Source: an uncultured Eubacteriales bacterium
GTDB lineage: Bacteria > Actinomycetota > Coriobacteriia > Anaerosomatales > PHET01
Length of the DNA: 64,000 nucleotides
NCBI GenBank assembly: GCA_964492775.1
Contig: CAZBLH010000002.1
Coordinates: forward strand, 62,615-126,614
Direction of reading: 5' to 3'
Both the position numbers and the translations under genes were made by a program. The notes under the pieces are model-generated. The model was not told the DNA's origin. It was given only the letters and a program-made list of their open reading frames with translations, and made no database searches. This document shows positions 52,285 through 63,121 of this stretch, one piece after another; the stretch's first letter is position 1; each line of letters starts with the position of its first letter.

Positions 52285-52809
52285 TCAGGACACGCGCTTG
52301 CGCACCTGATACCGGATGACGGTCTTTCCTTTTGGACCCGGGCGCGACTGGTACTCCTCCTCGTGGGGCCCTGCGATCTCGTAGCCTTGCTCCTCGATGA
52401 ACTCGTGGAGCTGCCTGATCGTCGGCGTCTCCTCGGCGTATGTGCCGACGTGGAGGACCTGGGCGACCTCGCCATAGGCCCAGGGCTCGATCGTCACCGG
52501 CGTCTCCGGGTCCTTCTGCTTGAGCTCGCTCGTCCCCTCTGGAATCGGGATAGCCCAGACGGCCTCCCAGGTCTCGCGGGGCCGCTCGGCGAAGTCGGGC
52601 CCTCCCAGCCAGCGCGCGCGGGCGGGTTCGATCCTGTACTCGATGCCCAGCTTCTTGAGGCCGAACTTCAGCCCGTAGACCGCGCCATACAGCGCCGAGA
52701 AGGCCTTCTCCAGCACGTCGTTCGGGTCGCCAACCGTGCGTACGACAGCCATCAGCCGGTCGTCCATCTCGGCAATCTCAGGCACGAAGGGCTTCATCCG
52801 CTTCGGCAT
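52285..52809 (-). CDS. GyrI-like small-molecule-binding domain protein
   Basis: It is 174 aa, and MAVVRTVGDP...YGAVY...HVGTYAEETPTIRQLHEFIEEQGYEIAGPHEEEY fits the GyrI-like/SOUL fold pattern. Confidence 0.5.
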   Translation of the reverse strand: MPKRMKPFVPEIAEMDDRLMAVVRTVGDPNDVLEKAFSALYGAVYGLKFGLKKLGIEYRIEPARARWLGGPDFAERPRETWEAVWAIPIPEGTSELKQKDPETPVTIEPWAYGEVAQVLHVGTYAEETPTIRQLHEFIEEQGYEIAGPHEEEYQSRPGPKGKTVIRYQVRKRVS

Positions 52810-52846
52810 CGACTCTCATCCGCCTCTCTGCGCGTCGCTGTGCAGT

Positions 52847-53746
52847 TCAGTTCATCATCACTGGCACTTCGACGATGTTTATCCTCGATCCGTCTTTGGC
52901 AGAGCTCTCATAGAAGATGAGCGCGCCGAGCCGTCCGGGATGCGCGTTCGTGAACTCGACGGTCGCGGTCCAGGTCCCCCGGGTGCCGGTTCCGCTGGTC
53001 GCGGTCACGAACTGCTCGGTGACGATGAGCCCCTCTGGGTCGACTACCTCCAGCTGGTGCGTCGCCTCGAAGGTGTTCGAGGACCCCGACGCCGTGACCG
53101 GGCTCGTCACCACCTGTCCGGGGTACGGCTCCTCCACAAGTATCGCAGGTAGTGCGTCTTCGAAGTCTTGCCGGCCGACTGTTGGGCCGATCTTGATTCC
53201 TTCGCCGCCGAGGTTGTCCGTGGGCGTGCCGTCGATCTTGAACGACACACTGTCGATCCCGTCGAACTGGGTGAGCGTGCAGACCACCTGAGCGGCTCGC
53301 AGCTGCATCGAAAGCGAGCCACCACCGGAGGCGAACGCCCCGGTGAGGTCGAGCGTTGCAGTACTGCCGGCAAACTCCACGCCGTTCACGCGCACGCCAT
53401 CCGGGATCGCGGTCGAGAGGCCGAACTCGCGGTCGGTGGCGCTGGGCCCTTCCAGCAGCGCAGCGACCGCTGCCTCAGCGATCGCTTCGGGCGACGTGTC
53501 AGCGGTTACCTCCCGACCTGCGACACCGATCTTCTCGCCTCGCACGAAGTACAGCCGCACGGTAGCGGTCTCCAGCTCGCTTTCGGGTGGGGGTTCGGGC
53601 GTCTCGGGCGTCTCGGGCGCCGATGGCGGCTCGGGAGTGCGTCTGCAGCCGAGCGCGGATCCCATGCCGCCCACGAGCACCACGGCCAGAGCGAAGCACA
53701 GCAGCAGAGTGATCCGAGCCTTTGCGCGTTCATTCATGTACCTCAT
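52847..53746 (-). CDS. Lipoprotein with a GerMN domain and a C-terminal Ig-like (Gmad2-type) domain
   Basis: This lies in ORF 52847..53980, and the ATG at 53746 or 53737 gives a lipobox (GMGSALGC). [17 protein letters not shown]...[11 protein letters not shown] is GerMN-like. The C-terminus [27 protein letters not shown]...[10 protein letters not shown] is Gmad2-like. Confidence 0.6.
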   Translation of the reverse strand: MRYMNERAKARITLLLCFALAVVLVGGMGSALGCRRTPEPPSAPETPETPEPPPESELETATVRLYFVRGEKIGVAGREVTADTSPEAIAEAAVAALLEGPSATDREFGLSTAIPDGVRVNGVEFAGSTATLDLTGAFASGGGSLSMQLRAAQVVCTLTQFDGIDSVSFKIDGTPTDNLGGEGIKIGPTVGRQDFEDALPAILVEEPYPGQVVTSPVTASGSSNTFEATHQLEVVDPEGLIVTEQFVTATSGTGTRGTWTATVEFTNAHPGRLGALIFYESSAKDGSRINIVEVPVMMN

Positions 53747-53969
53747 GGCCCACCCCGATTGCCGAGATTTTGCTGTCAGTGAGGTGATACCCCGTTTGCC
53801 TGGCACACCCTGCCTCGGCGCGGGAATCGGTCCGCCTCGAGCGCCCGCCTCCGCTGTGTCCACGGGTGCTGGCGGATGCTCCGCAACCGTGCTAATATTC
53901 TCGGGCTGTCCTCGCTGCCCTGGTCGGAAACCAGGACTACGAAGCGAGGCATCACACGGAGGTGTACAC

Positions 53970-54401
53970 GTGAAAGCCAAGATCCATCCGAACTACGAGC
54001 TGACCACCATCGTCTGCTCGTGTGGCAACCGTTACGAGACCCGCTCGACCGCAGGCGGCGAGCTGCACGTCGAGCTCTGCAACCAGTGCCATCCGTTCTT
54101 CACGGGCCAGCAGAAGTTCGTTGACACCGGTGGACGCGTCCAGCGCTTCTCCGACAAGTTCGGTTCGGCCGCTACTTCGGTACTCGAGAAGGAGGCCGCC
54201 GAGAAGGAGGCCCGCCGCAAGGCCGCCGAGGAAGCTGCAGCCGCAGCGAAGCAGGCCCGCGAGGCCAAGGCTGCCGAGAAGGCCGCCCGCGCTGCGCAGC
54301 ACGAGGCGAAGGCTGCTCGTGACGCCGCGAAGGCCGGCACCGATGCTGAGCCGGCTGAGGCCGAGGCAGCCGTCGAGGCCACCGAGGAGTCGGCCGAGTA
54401 G
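53970..54401 (+). CDS. rpmE: 50S ribosomal protein L31 (Zn-ribbon type A) with an ~80-aa Ala/Glu/Lys-rich C-terminal extension
   Basis: The GTG at 53970 follows GGAGG and lies within ORF 53343..54401. The core [24 protein letters not shown]...[25 protein letters not shown] matches E. coli L31. The tail is [50 protein letters not shown]... Confidence 0.85.
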   Translation: MKAKIHPNYELTTIVCSCGNRYETRSTAGGELHVELCNQCHPFFTGQQKFVDTGGRVQRFSDKFGSAATSVLEKEAAEKEARRKAAEEAAAAAKQAREAKAAEKAARAAQHEAKAARDAAKAGTDAEPAEAEAAVEATEESAE

Positions 54402-54533
54402 CCGCTCCGACATCAGTCTTGCAGGGGAGGCCGCCGGTGTGCGGCCTCCCTTCTTGTGTCGTCGCCAGTGCTAGAATGTACGCCGTTCCGCGAGTCCTTT
54501 GGGCTTGCCGCCATCGACTCCAGAAGGACCCGA

Positions 54534-55223
54534 ATGGACGTTCGCCTTCTCTCTCACACGCCCGACCCCGAGCGCTTCGTGGCCGTAGCCGCGCGCCTTT
54601 GCTATGCGCCTGTCGGAGCAGCTGAGCTCATGGACAACATGAGCGACGAGGCGGTGCGCAAGGTGCTTTTCACGATAATGCAGAGCGGGCACTTCTCGGC
54701 GCTCGAGCACGTCAGCTACACGTTCGCGATCGACGGCGTATCGCGCGCGCTCACTCATCAGCTCGTCAGGCATCGCCTCGCGAGCTACAACCAGCAGTCG
54801 CAGCGCTACGTGTCCTACGCCGAGGAGCCGGTATTCATCGTGCCGCCCGATGTGGAGGCGGACGAGGCGCGCCGAGCTGCGTTTCTCGGGGCATGTCGCG
54901 AAGCGTTCGCGGCGTACCGCCGGATGCTCGACGCCGGGGCGGCGCCGGAAGACGCGCGCTACCTGCTCCCGAATGCCATGGAGACCAAGATAGTGGTGAC
55001 GATGAACGTGCGCGAGCTACTGCACTTCTTTGAGCTGCGGTGCTGCAAGCGGGCGCAGTGGGAGATCCGTGATCTGGCCCTGCGCATGCTCGAGCTGGCC
55101 GAACCCACGGCGCCCTTCATCTTCATGGATGCTGGGGCGGCGTGCCGGAGAGGGCCCTGCTCAGAAGGAAAGATGACCTGCGGTGAGCCGTACGCTAAGG
55201 CGCCGAAACGGGAGGCGGTATGA
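54534..55223 (+). CDS. thyX: FAD-dependent thymidylate synthase ThyX
   Basis: This lies in ORF 54456..55223, starting at the ATG at 54534. The ThyX motif is RHRLASYNQQSQRY, followed by ELRHFFELR-like NVRELLHFFELR. Confidence 0.9.
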   Translation: MDVRLLSHTPDPERFVAVAARLCYAPVGAAELMDNMSDEAVRKVLFTIMQSGHFSALEHVSYTFAIDGVSRALTHQLVRHRLASYNQQSQRYVSYAEEPVFIVPPDVEADEARRAAFLGACREAFAAYRRMLDAGAAPEDARYLLPNAMETKIVVTMNVRELLHFFELRCCKRAQWEIRDLALRMLELAEPTAPFIFMDAGAACRRGPCSEGKMTCGEPYAKAPKREAV

Positions 55224-56200
55224 GCGACGGAACCGAGCGCCTAGACCTGGATTGTCCGGTGAGCCACACGCACATCGGCGGCCAGGCGGTCCTCGAAGGC
55301 GTGATGATGCGCGGCAAGTACAACTGGGCTGTTGCGGTCAGGACGCCCGATGGCTCCATACACACTGAAGAACACGAGCTCGCCAGCGCGTCGCAGAAGC
55401 ACGCCTGGATGCGCAAGCCGATCGTGCGCGGGGTTGTCGCGCTGGTGGAGACGATGTCGCTTGCGATGAAGGCACTCTCCATCTCGGCGACCGCTTCCGG
55501 TGAAGGGGAGGAGGACGGGGAGCCCGAGGCTCTCTCGGCCAAAGAGGTCACCATCTCTATGCTGTTCGGCGTGGTGCTCGCCGTTGGGATCTTCATCGTG
55601 CTTCCGGCCGTGGTGACGAACCTTCTCGTGGGTTCGGCTGCGGAACGCCCGCTCGTGTGGAATATCGTGGACGGCCTGCTGAGAGTCGTGGCGTTCTTCG
55701 TCTACATCTGGGCGGTGAGTCGGCTCGAGGATATCCAACGGGTGTTCGGGTACCACGGAGCCGAGCACAAGGTGATCCACGCATACGAGCACAAGCTGCC
55801 GCTTGAGCCGGCAATTATCCAGCGTTACTCGACCCAGCACATGCGGTGCGGCACGTCGTTCCTGCTCATGGTGATGATCATCGCGATTCTCGTATTCTCT
55901 CTCGTTCCCGTGCGACTGATGGCCGCCGCCATCGGCGCGGAGGGCCGGATCATGGTGATGCTCATCGCGATCGCCTCGCGTCTCGTGCTCATCCCGCTCG
56001 TGGCCGGCCTGGCATACGAGGTGACCGTGAAGTGGGCCGGGAACCATCCAGACAACCCGGTCGTGAAGGTCATGCTATGGCCGGGGCTGATGCTGCAGAA
56101 CATGACGACGCGAGAGCCGGACGACGGCATGGTGGAGGTCGCGGTGGCCGCGGTATTGCCGGTCATCGAGCGTGAGGCCCGCGAGGAAGCGGCTGCCTGA
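55220..56200 (+). CDS. DUF1385-family membrane protein (commonly upstream of prfA/prmC)
   Basis: The ATGA overlaps the thyX stop. Motifs are GGQAVLEGVMMRG, YHGAEHKVIHAYE and RCGTSFL, with several TM helices. Confidence 0.7.
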   Translation: MSDGTERLDLDCPVSHTHIGGQAVLEGVMMRGKYNWAVAVRTPDGSIHTEEHELASASQKHAWMRKPIVRGVVALVETMSLAMKALSISATASGEGEEDGEPEALSAKEVTISMLFGVVLAVGIFIVLPAVVTNLLVGSAAERPLVWNIVDGLLRVVAFFVYIWAVSRLEDIQRVFGYHGAEHKVIHAYEHKLPLEPAIIQRYSTQHMRCGTSFLLMVMIIAILVFSLVPVRLMAAAIGAEGRIMVMLIAIASRLVLIPLVAGLAYEVTVKWAGNHPDNPVVKVMLWPGLMLQNMTTREPDDGMVEVAVAAVLPVIEREAREEAAA

Positions 56201-56290
56201 CGCGCGGCCATTCTCGGCGGAGAGGGGCCTAGGCCTCAAGCCGCTGCGTAGTAGTGTGAGTGATAGACTCTCAACCCATCAGGTATCGAA

Positions 56291-57379
56291 ATGAAGGATC
56301 CGATGCGCAACAAGCTCGAACAAATTCTCGCAGCTTACGAAGACCTCACAGCGAAGCTGGCCGATCCGGCTGTATTCGGCGACCAGAAGGAGTATGCGCG
56401 GCTCGCCCGGGAGCAGCGCGGTCAAGCGCCGCTCGCCGAGAAGGCCCGCGAGTATCTGCAGGCAGCGTCGGAGCTCGACGAGGCCCGCGAGGTCATGCGC
56501 TCCGAGTCCGACCCCGAGATGCGCGAGTTCGCTGCCGAGGAGGTACGCGAGATCGAGGCACGCCTGCCTGCGCTCGAGGAAGAGCTGAAAGTCATGATGC
56601 TCCCGAGCGACCCGAACGACGAGAAGGACATCATCGTCGAGATCAGGGCCGGCGCCGGGGGCGACGAGGCGGCGATCTTCGCTGGCGACCTGTACCGTAT
56701 GTACACGCGCTACGCCGAGCTTCAGCGCTGGAAGGTCGAGGAGATCGACGCGAGCGAGTCGGACTCGGGTGGATTCAAGGAGGTCTCCTTCCGGGTCCGT
56801 GGCGACAAGGTCTACTCGAAGATGAAGTTCGAGTCGGGTGTGCACCGCGTGCAGCGTGTGCCCGTCACCGAGTCCCAGGGACGCATCCACACCTCCACGG
56901 CCACGGTGGCAGTGCTGCCTGAGGCCGAGGAGGTCGAGGTCGAGATCAACCCCAACGACCTGCGGATCGATGTGTATCGCTCAAGTGGGCCAGGGGGGCA
57001 ATCGGTCAACACGACTGACTCGGCGGTTCGGATAACGCACCTGCCCACGGGGCTTGTCGTCCAGTCGCAGAACCAGAAGTCGCAGCTCCAGAACAGAGAG
57101 GCCGCGCTGCGCGTACTGCGTGCGCGCCTGTACGAGGTCGAACTTGAGCGCCAGCAGGCCGAGCTCGGCGCGCAGCGGCGCAGTCAGATCGGCTCGGGCG
57201 ACCGTTCCGAGAAGATTCGCACCTACAATTACCCGCAGGACCGCGTCACTGATCACCGCATCGGGCTGACCGTGCATAACATCCCCGGCATCATGGCCGG
57301 TGAGATTGACGCGCTGGTGGACGGGCTGATCGCCGCCGACCGAGCGGAACGCCTGGCCGCTTTCGCGGACGCAGGCTAG
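56291..57379 (+). CDS. prfA: Peptide chain release factor 1
   Basis: It has a PxT-type stop-codon recognition region ([14 protein letters not shown]), the GGQ motif ([12 protein letters not shown]) and [12 protein letters not shown]. Confidence 0.95.
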   Translation: MKDPMRNKLEQILAAYEDLTAKLADPAVFGDQKEYARLAREQRGQAPLAEKAREYLQAASELDEAREVMRSESDPEMREFAAEEVREIEARLPALEEELKVMMLPSDPNDEKDIIVEIRAGAGGDEAAIFAGDLYRMYTRYAELQRWKVEEIDASESDSGGFKEVSFRVRGDKVYSKMKFESGVHRVQRVPVTESQGRIHTSTATVAVLPEAEEVEVEINPNDLRIDVYRSSGPGGQSVNTTDSAVRITHLPTGLVVQSQNQKSQLQNREAALRVLRARLYEVELERQQAELGAQRRSQIGSGDRSEKIRTYNYPQDRVTDHRIGLTVHNIPGIMAGEIDALVDGLIAADRAERLAAFADAG

Positions 57380-57393
57380 AGAGCGGAAGCCTG

Positions 57394-58269
57394 ATGACAC
57401 GCGAGCGGGTCTGGACGGTCAAGGCAGCGCTCGACTGGTGTGTGATCTACCTCGCCGAGAAGGGCGATGACAACCCGCGCCTGTCGGCCGAGTGGCTGCT
57501 CTCTGCTGCTACGGCTCTCTCCCGAGTGGAGATCTACGCTTACCACGACCGGCCCCTCACGCCGGAGGAGCGCACGCTGCTCCGGGATGCCGTGAGACGA
57601 CGGGCGGCGGGGGAGCCGCTTCAGTACGTGACCGGGGAGGTCGCGTTCCGGCACCTGGTGGTCAAGATCCGCGAAGGTGTGCTCATCCCGCGTCCTGAGA
57701 CCGAGGTGCTTGTCGAGGTCGCGCTGCAGGAGATCTCGGAACGCACCGCACCTCTGGTCGCCGACGTCTGCACCGGCTCGGGGGTGATTGCGCTCTCCGT
57801 GGCCCAAGAGCACGAGGGCGCTCGGGTGTGGGCCACCGATATATCTCCGGTTGCAGTCGAGGTGGCGGCCGAGAACACGGAGCGACTCGCGTTCGGGGAG
57901 AACGTGAGCGTGATCGAGGGCGACCTTCTCGGCGGCTTGCCTGACGACCTGCGTGGGCGCCTCGATCTCGTGATCTCGAATCCACCCTACATCCCGACGG
58001 CCGCACTGGCGGATCTTCCTGCCGAGGTGTCCGGGTTCGAGCCGCGCCTCGCGCTCGACGGCGGTGAAGACGGTCTTGCGGTGTTCAGGCGACTTGCGGC
58101 TCAGGCCTCTGAGTGGCTCGCGCCCGATGGTGTGCTTTGTGTGGAGTTGGATGAATCAAGGGTACGCGCAGCAGGCGATGAGGCGTTACAGTGGTATGTA
58201 GAGGTAAGGGTGAAGAAGGACCTCGCGGGACGGGATCGCGTACTAGTGGCTGCGAGGCCCAGAGCATAG
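57394..58269 (+). CDS. prmC: Release-factor glutamine N5-methyltransferase PrmC
   Basis: Motifs are EPLQYVTGEVAFR, DVCTGSG and VISNPPYI. Confidence 0.9.
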   Translation: MTRERVWTVKAALDWCVIYLAEKGDDNPRLSAEWLLSAATALSRVEIYAYHDRPLTPEERTLLRDAVRRRAAGEPLQYVTGEVAFRHLVVKIREGVLIPRPETEVLVEVALQEISERTAPLVADVCTGSGVIALSVAQEHEGARVWATDISPVAVEVAAENTERLAFGENVSVIEGDLLGGLPDDLRGRLDLVISNPPYIPTAALADLPAEVSGFEPRLALDGGEDGLAVFRRLAAQASEWLAPDGVLCVELDESRVRAAGDEALQWYVEVRVKKDLAGRDRVLVAARPRA

Positions 58270-58306
58270 AAGGAGCCAGCAGGACGAAGATTGGGAGGCG
58301 GTCGCA

Positions 58307-58951
58307 ATGTCCAAGACCTATCGAGTAGACCCGGAGAACCCCTCGGCAGAAGTGATGAATCTCGCCGCAAGCGTACTGCTTGACGGCGGGATCGTTGTTT
58401 TTCCGACCGAGACGGTTTACGGGATCGGTGCGCTAGCTGACTCAAAGTTCGGCCCGCACGAGATATTCGAGGTCAAGGATCGACCACCACATCTGCCCAT
58501 TCCGCTGCTTGTTGAGACCGAGGACGCGCTGGACACCTGGGGCGTAGACGTCCCCGAGTACGCTCACCGCATTGCCCACAAGTTCTGGCCCGGAGCCGTC
58601 ACGATCGTCGTCAAGGCCTCCGAGCGCGTGCCGCGCGACTTCCGCGCCCCCGACGGTACGATCGGGCTTCGCTCTCCCGCACACGAGGTAGTCATGGAGC
58701 TTCTGCGCGCGACTGGCAGCCCGCTCTTCACGACCTCGGCGAACACGCACGGGTCGCCTGCGCCGGGCTCCTTCGATGAGGTGGAGGACCGCATCATCGT
58801 CGCCGCGGACCTGGCACTCGATGGCGGCGAAACGGAACACGGTCTGTCCTCCACCGTCGTCCTCGCTACTGGCCCCGAGCCCGTCGTGATTCGCGAAGGT
58901 GCCGTCAGGATCGACGAGATCATGGCTGCCGCTGCGGAGCCCGTCGACTGA
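58307..58951 (+). CDS. tsaC: L-threonylcarbamoyladenylate synthase (TsaC/YwlC, Sua5/YrdC domain)
   Basis: Motifs are GGIVVFPTETVYGIGA, KDRPPHLPIPLLV and SANTHGSP. Confidence 0.85.
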   Translation: MSKTYRVDPENPSAEVMNLAASVLLDGGIVVFPTETVYGIGALADSKFGPHEIFEVKDRPPHLPIPLLVETEDALDTWGVDVPEYAHRIAHKFWPGAVTIVVKASERVPRDFRAPDGTIGLRSPAHEVVMELLRATGSPLFTTSANTHGSPAPGSFDEVEDRIIVAADLALDGGETEHGLSSTVVLATGPEPVVIREGAVRIDEIMAAAAEPVD

Positions 58952-59009
58952 CAGGCCGTGCGGTACAATCTCACAGCTTCCGGCACGCTATCGGTGAGAA
59001 GGAGACTAT

Positions 59010-59444
59010 ATGCGAGTGGCGCTCGGTTCTGACCACGCCGGTTTCGAGCAGAAGGAACACCTGAGGGCATTCTTGGAGGGCCAGGGAATCGATGTAGATG
59101 ACGTTGGCACCACCTCCGCCGAGGAGTCCGTCGACTACCCGGACTACGCCCAGGCGGTCGCGCATGCGGTCGCTGAGGGGCTCGCCGACTTTGGCGTGCT
59201 GGTGTGCGGCACAGGGCTCGGCATGGCGGTAGCGGCCAACAAGGTCGCTGGTGTTCGGGCTGTGCCGGTCACGACTCCGGACTTCGCCAAGCTCGCACGC
59301 GCACACAACGACGCCAACGTCGTCGCAGTTTCGGGCCGCTTCATCGACCCCGAGATCAACGAGCAGATCGTAAGCGCGTTCCTTTCCACAGAGTTCGAAG
59401 GCGGCAGGCATTCAAGGCGGGTTGAGAAGATCGATCGCCCGTGA
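59010..59444 (+). CDS. rpiB: Ribose-5-phosphate isomerase B
   Basis: Motifs are RVALGSDHAGF, VLVCGTGLGMAVAANK and RHSRRV. Confidence 0.9.
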   Translation: MRVALGSDHAGFEQKEHLRAFLEGQGIDVDDVGTTSAEESVDYPDYAQAVAHAVAEGLADFGVLVCGTGLGMAVAANKVAGVRAVPVTTPDFAKLARAHNDANVVAVSGRFIDPEINEQIVSAFLSTEFEGGRHSRRVEKIDRP

Positions 59445-59452
59445 TCTGCGAC

Positions 59453-59486
59453 GAGCATCGGCCTCTGATTCAAGGGGCCGATGCTC
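59453..59486 (+). terminator. Stem-loop after rpiB (weak T-tract)
   Basis: GAGCATCGGCC-12 nt loop-GGCCGATGCTC followed by AGTTTCTC. It overlaps the track's upstream glyA start at 59481, which supports the ATG at 59535 as the real start. Confidence 0.4.
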
Positions 59487-59534
59487 AGTTTCTCGGTACG
59501 TACTGATGGTTTCGACCGTAGAGGAGCACCACAC

Positions 59535-60782
59535 ATGGCATTGAGGTACATCCCGGCGCAGGACCCCGAAGTCGCAGCGGCTGTGGACGCGGAGCTCGCA
59601 CGCCAGCGCGGCACAATCGAGCTCATCGCTTCGGAGAACTTCGTCTCGCCTGCGGTACTCGAGGCAGCTGGAACGGTGCTCACAAACAAGTACGCCGAGG
59701 GACTGCCTGGCAAGCGTTACTACGGAGGTTGCGAGAAGGTCGACATCGTCGAGAACCTCGCCAGGGACCGCGCCAAGGAGCTGTTCGGCGCCGACCACGC
59801 GAACGTGCAGCCGCACGCGGGGGCCCAGGCGAATCTTGCAGCCTACTTCGCCTTCTTGAAGCCCGGTGACACCGTGATGGGCATGAATCTCGCGATGGGC
59901 GGCCACCTCACGCACGGTTCTCCGGTGAACTTCTCGGGCAAGTGGTTCAACGTCGTGCCTTACGGGCTCGACATGGAGACTGAGACAATTGACTACGAGG
60001 GCATGGAGCAGCTCGCGCTCGAGCATCGTCCCAAGATGATCATCGCCGGCGCCTCGGCCTACCCGCGCGTGATCGATTTCGAGCGCTTCGCACACGTCGC
60101 GAAGAAGATCGACGCCATCTTCATGGTAGACATGGCGCATATCGCGGGTCTCGTAGCGACCGGCGCGCATCCGTCGCCGGTGCCCTGGGCGGACGTCGTG
60201 ACCTCCACGACCCACAAGACGCTGCGGGGGCCGCGCTCTGGCATCATCCTCTGCAAGTCGGAGCATGCCGCCGCAATTGACAAAGCGGTCTTCCCGGGCC
60301 TGCAGGGCGGACCGCTCGAGCACATCATCGCCGCGAAGGCCGTTGCGTTCCGCGAAGCCATGCAGCCGGAGTTCACGACCTACATCGACCAGGTGGTCAT
60401 CAACGCCAAGGCCATGGGGGCCGCGATGGTGGAGTGCGGATTGCGCCTGGTTTCCGGCGGCACCGACAACCACCTCATGCTTGTCGACTTGCGACCCGCC
60501 GAGATCACCGGCAAGGACGCCGAACACCTTCTCGAAGAGGTCGGGTTCACCGTCAACAAGAACGCGATCCCCAACGACCCGGAGTCACCGTTCGTCACGA
60601 GCGGCATCCGCGTGGGTTCCGCCGCGATGACGACGCGGGGCTTCTCGGAAGGCGAGGCGCACACGGTCGGTTGCCTGATGGCGAACGCCATCTTCAAGCG
60701 TGATGACGCAGCTGCTCTCGCCGACATCAAGACCGAGGTCGACGCGCTCATCGCCAAGCACCCGCTCTATCCCGAGTTGTAG
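59535..60782 (+). CDS. glyA: Serine hydroxymethyltransferase
   Basis: Motifs are [21 protein letters not shown] and [14 protein letters not shown] (PLP Lys). Confidence 0.95.
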   Translation: MALRYIPAQDPEVAAAVDAELARQRGTIELIASENFVSPAVLEAAGTVLTNKYAEGLPGKRYYGGCEKVDIVENLARDRAKELFGADHANVQPHAGAQANLAAYFAFLKPGDTVMGMNLAMGGHLTHGSPVNFSGKWFNVVPYGLDMETETIDYEGMEQLALEHRPKMIIAGASAYPRVIDFERFAHVAKKIDAIFMVDMAHIAGLVATGAHPSPVPWADVVTSTTHKTLRGPRSGIILCKSEHAAAIDKAVFPGLQGGPLEHIIAAKAVAFREAMQPEFTTYIDQVVINAKAMGAAMVECGLRLVSGGTDNHLMLVDLRPAEITGKDAEHLLEEVGFTVNKNAIPNDPESPFVTSGIRVGSAAMTTRGFSEGEAHTVGCLMANAIFKRDDAAALADIKTEVDALIAKHPLYPEL

Positions 60783-60800
60783 GAGGAGGACTTAGGCCGC

Positions 60801-61451
60801 ATGGGGGCAGACGCGCGCTTCGGCGAGCGAGTAGTGGTCGTCGACCACCCGCTCGTACAGCACAAACTATCGATCCTGCGCGATTCGCGCACCGGGACCA
60901 AGGAGTTCCGCGAGCTCGTGCGCGAGTTGGCGATGCTCGAGGCCTACGAGGCTACCCGCGGAATGGCGCTTGAGGAGACGAGGGTCACCACGCCGGTCAC
61001 CGACACGCCTGCCCGCCGACTCGCGGGCAAGAAGATTGTCGTGGTGCCGGTGCTTCGAGCCGGGCTCGGCATGGTCGAGGGCATCCTTGCGCTCGTGCCG
61101 AACGCCAAGGTGGGACACGTCGGCCTGTACCGGGATCCCGTGACACACATGCCCGTCGAGTACTACACCAAGCTCCCTGATGACATCGATCTGAGGGATG
61201 TGCTCATCGTCGACCCGATGCTTGCGACAGGCGGCTCGGCGGTGGCGGCAATCCAGTACCTGCGCGCGCAGGGCGCGAAGCACATCCGGCTGTTGGTGCT
61301 GATTGCGGCGCCCGAGGGCATACAGGAGGTCCTCGATAACACCAGCGACGTCACGATCTACACCTGCGCGATCGACTCGCACCTCAATGATCACGCCTAC
61401 ATCGTTCCTGGTCTCGGCGATGCCGGTGACCGGCTATACGGGACCGAGTGA
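60801..61451 (+). CDS. upp: Uracil phosphoribosyltransferase
   Basis: Motifs are [12 protein letters not shown], the PRPP site [13 protein letters not shown], and [16 protein letters not shown]. Confidence 0.95.
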   Translation: MGADARFGERVVVVDHPLVQHKLSILRDSRTGTKEFRELVRELAMLEAYEATRGMALEETRVTTPVTDTPARRLAGKKIVVVPVLRAGLGMVEGILALVPNAKVGHVGLYRDPVTHMPVEYYTKLPDDIDLRDVLIVDPMLATGGSAVAAIQYLRAQGAKHIRLLVLIAAPEGIQEVLDNTSDVTIYTCAIDSHLNDHAYIVPGLGDAGDRLYGTE

Positions 61452-61461
61452 GGAGCTTGGC

Positions 61462-61926
61462 GTGACGCGACCGTCTTGGGACGAGTACTTCATGTCGATC
61501 GCCGAGCAGGTCTCGGGCCGCTCGACGTGCATGCGCCGAAGGACCGGCGCCGTGCTCGTGAAGGGCAAACGCATCCTCGCGACCGGCTACAACGGCGTGC
61601 CGGCCGGCCTCGCCCACTGCGAGGCGGTCGGGTGTCTGCGCGAGCAGCGTGAGATACCGAGCGGCTCCCACCACGAGCTATGCCGGGGAATCCACGCCGA
61701 GCAGAACGCGGTGATCCAGGCGGCCCGCCACGGCATCGCCATTGACGGCTCCACGGTCTACTCGACGCACCAACCCTGCGTACTGTGCGCAAAGATCCTC
61801 CTGAACGCGGGTGTGGTCGACGTTGTCTTCCGCGAGGCCTATCCTGACCCGCTTTCCGAGGAGCTCTTCGCCGAGGCGGGCGTCGTCCCGCGTCGCATCA
61901 CACCGTCGGGGGTTGCGATTCCGTGA
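61462..61926 (+). CDS. dCMP deaminase (ComEB-type cytidine/deoxycytidylate deaminase)
   Basis: The GTG at 61462 follows AGGAG and lies within ORF 61303..61926. Motifs are WDEYFM, VGAVLV-like GAVLVK, HAEQNA and PCVLCAKIL. Confidence 0.85.
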   Translation: MTRPSWDEYFMSIAEQVSGRSTCMRRRTGAVLVKGKRILATGYNGVPAGLAHCEAVGCLREQREIPSGSHHELCRGIHAEQNAVIQAARHGIAIDGSTVYSTHQPCVLCAKILLNAGVVDVVFREAYPDPLSEELFAEAGVVPRRITPSGVAIP

Positions 61927-63014
61927 GCCTGCGGCACTATGCGGCACTCATAGCTGTGGCGGCCGTCGTCGCGCTCGTCGCGACGCCGGTCGTTCGGCGT
62001 TTGTCGATGAGCCTCGGGCTGCTCGATGCGCCCAACGCCCGCAAGGTTCACGTGGCCCCAATCTCCCGGCTGGGCGGCGTCGCGATCTATCTCGGCATCG
62101 TCGCCGCCATGACGATGCAGGTGGTGGGCGAGGCATACCTTGGTTGGGGCGGGTCGGTGCTGAACTCGCAGGAAGGCCTGAGCCTGGGGATCGTGTTTGC
62201 CGGCATCACGCTAGTCTTCGTCGTGGGGCTCATTGATGACGTGTTCGACATCCCACCGCTCGCCAAGCTCGCAGGGCAGGTCGTCGCTGCAGGTGTCGTC
62301 GCGGTCGGCGGGCTCTCAATCGAGTTCGTCGGTAACCCGTTTGGCGGGGGGCTTCTGCTGCTCGGGTTGCTATCGATTCCGGTCACCGTCTTCTATCTCG
62401 TCGGCTTCGCAAACGTCATCAACCTGATCGATGGACTCGATGGTCTGGCCGCTGGAGTGAGCGTCATCGCGGCGTCGAGCCTGTTGGTGCTGGCTGCACA
62501 GGGCAATCGGCTCGACGCAGCGGCCCTGGCGGCAGCACTCATCGGCGCGTGCCTGGGATTTCTGAGGCACAACTTCCACCCCGCATCGATATTCATGGGG
62601 GACTCGGGCGCGATGCTGCTCGGCTTCACGCTCGGAGTCGTGTCGCTTCTTGGCGTGATGAAGACGACCGCGGCCATCGCGCTCGCCGTCCCGCTATTGA
62701 TTGTCGGCGTGCCGATCTTCGACACGGCCTCGGCGATCCTCCGGCGCCTGCGCCACAAGCGGCCGATACACGAGGCCGACGCCGGCCACATCCACCACCG
62801 GCTACTGGGCCGCGGCTTCGGGCACCGGCAGACGGTCCTGATCATCTACGTATGGTCCGGCGCGCTCGCGCTGGGGGCCTACGCGGTGAGGTATACGACC
62901 GGTCCGATCCGGCTGGGCGCCCTTCTTGCGCTGTTCGCGATCACGGCGGTGATGGCGTACTGGCTGGGGCTCTACGAGGTCGCTCATGTGAGCGAGGGTG
63001 ACGCGTCCAAGTAG
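61923..63014 (+). CDS. wecA: UDP-GlcNAc:undecaprenyl-phosphate GlcNAc-1-phosphate transferase (WecA/Rfe/TagO, MraY-like)
   Basis: The GTGA overlaps the upstream stop. It is polytopic, with the motifs [26 protein letters not shown] and HIHHRLL. Confidence 0.85.
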   Translation: MSLRHYAALIAVAAVVALVATPVVRRLSMSLGLLDAPNARKVHVAPISRLGGVAIYLGIVAAMTMQVVGEAYLGWGGSVLNSQEGLSLGIVFAGITLVFVVGLIDDVFDIPPLAKLAGQVVAAGVVAVGGLSIEFVGNPFGGGLLLLGLLSIPVTVFYLVGFANVINLIDGLDGLAAGVSVIAASSLLVLAAQGNRLDAAALAAALIGACLGFLRHNFHPASIFMGDSGAMLLGFTLGVVSLLGVMKTTAAIALAVPLLIVGVPIFDTASAILRRLRHKRPIHEADAGHIHHRLLGRGFGHRQTVLIIYVWSGALALGAYAVRYTTGPIRLGALLALFAITAVMAYWLGLYEVAHVSEGDASK

Positions 63015-63092
63015 CCCGAGCTGAATCGGCGTTAACCACAGGCTCCAGGCACGCAATCGGGGTCTTGCTTTGGACTCGCGAGTCTTCGGCTC

Positions 63093-63121
63093 TTGCCCGC
63101 AGCCCGACCTTAACGTATTAT
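63093..63121 (+). promoter_or_regulatory. Candidate promoter of the atp operon
   Basis: TTGCCC (63093-63098), a 17-nt spacer, then TATTAT (63116-63121). It lies ~160 nt upstream of the first atp-region ORF. Confidence 0.4.

Noticed and set aside
53343-53969. The upstream 209 codons of the ORF that contains rpmE.
   Set aside because: This part is antisense to the GerMN lipoprotein gene and has no motifs. L31 homology starts exactly at the GTG at 53970, which is preceded by GGAGG.
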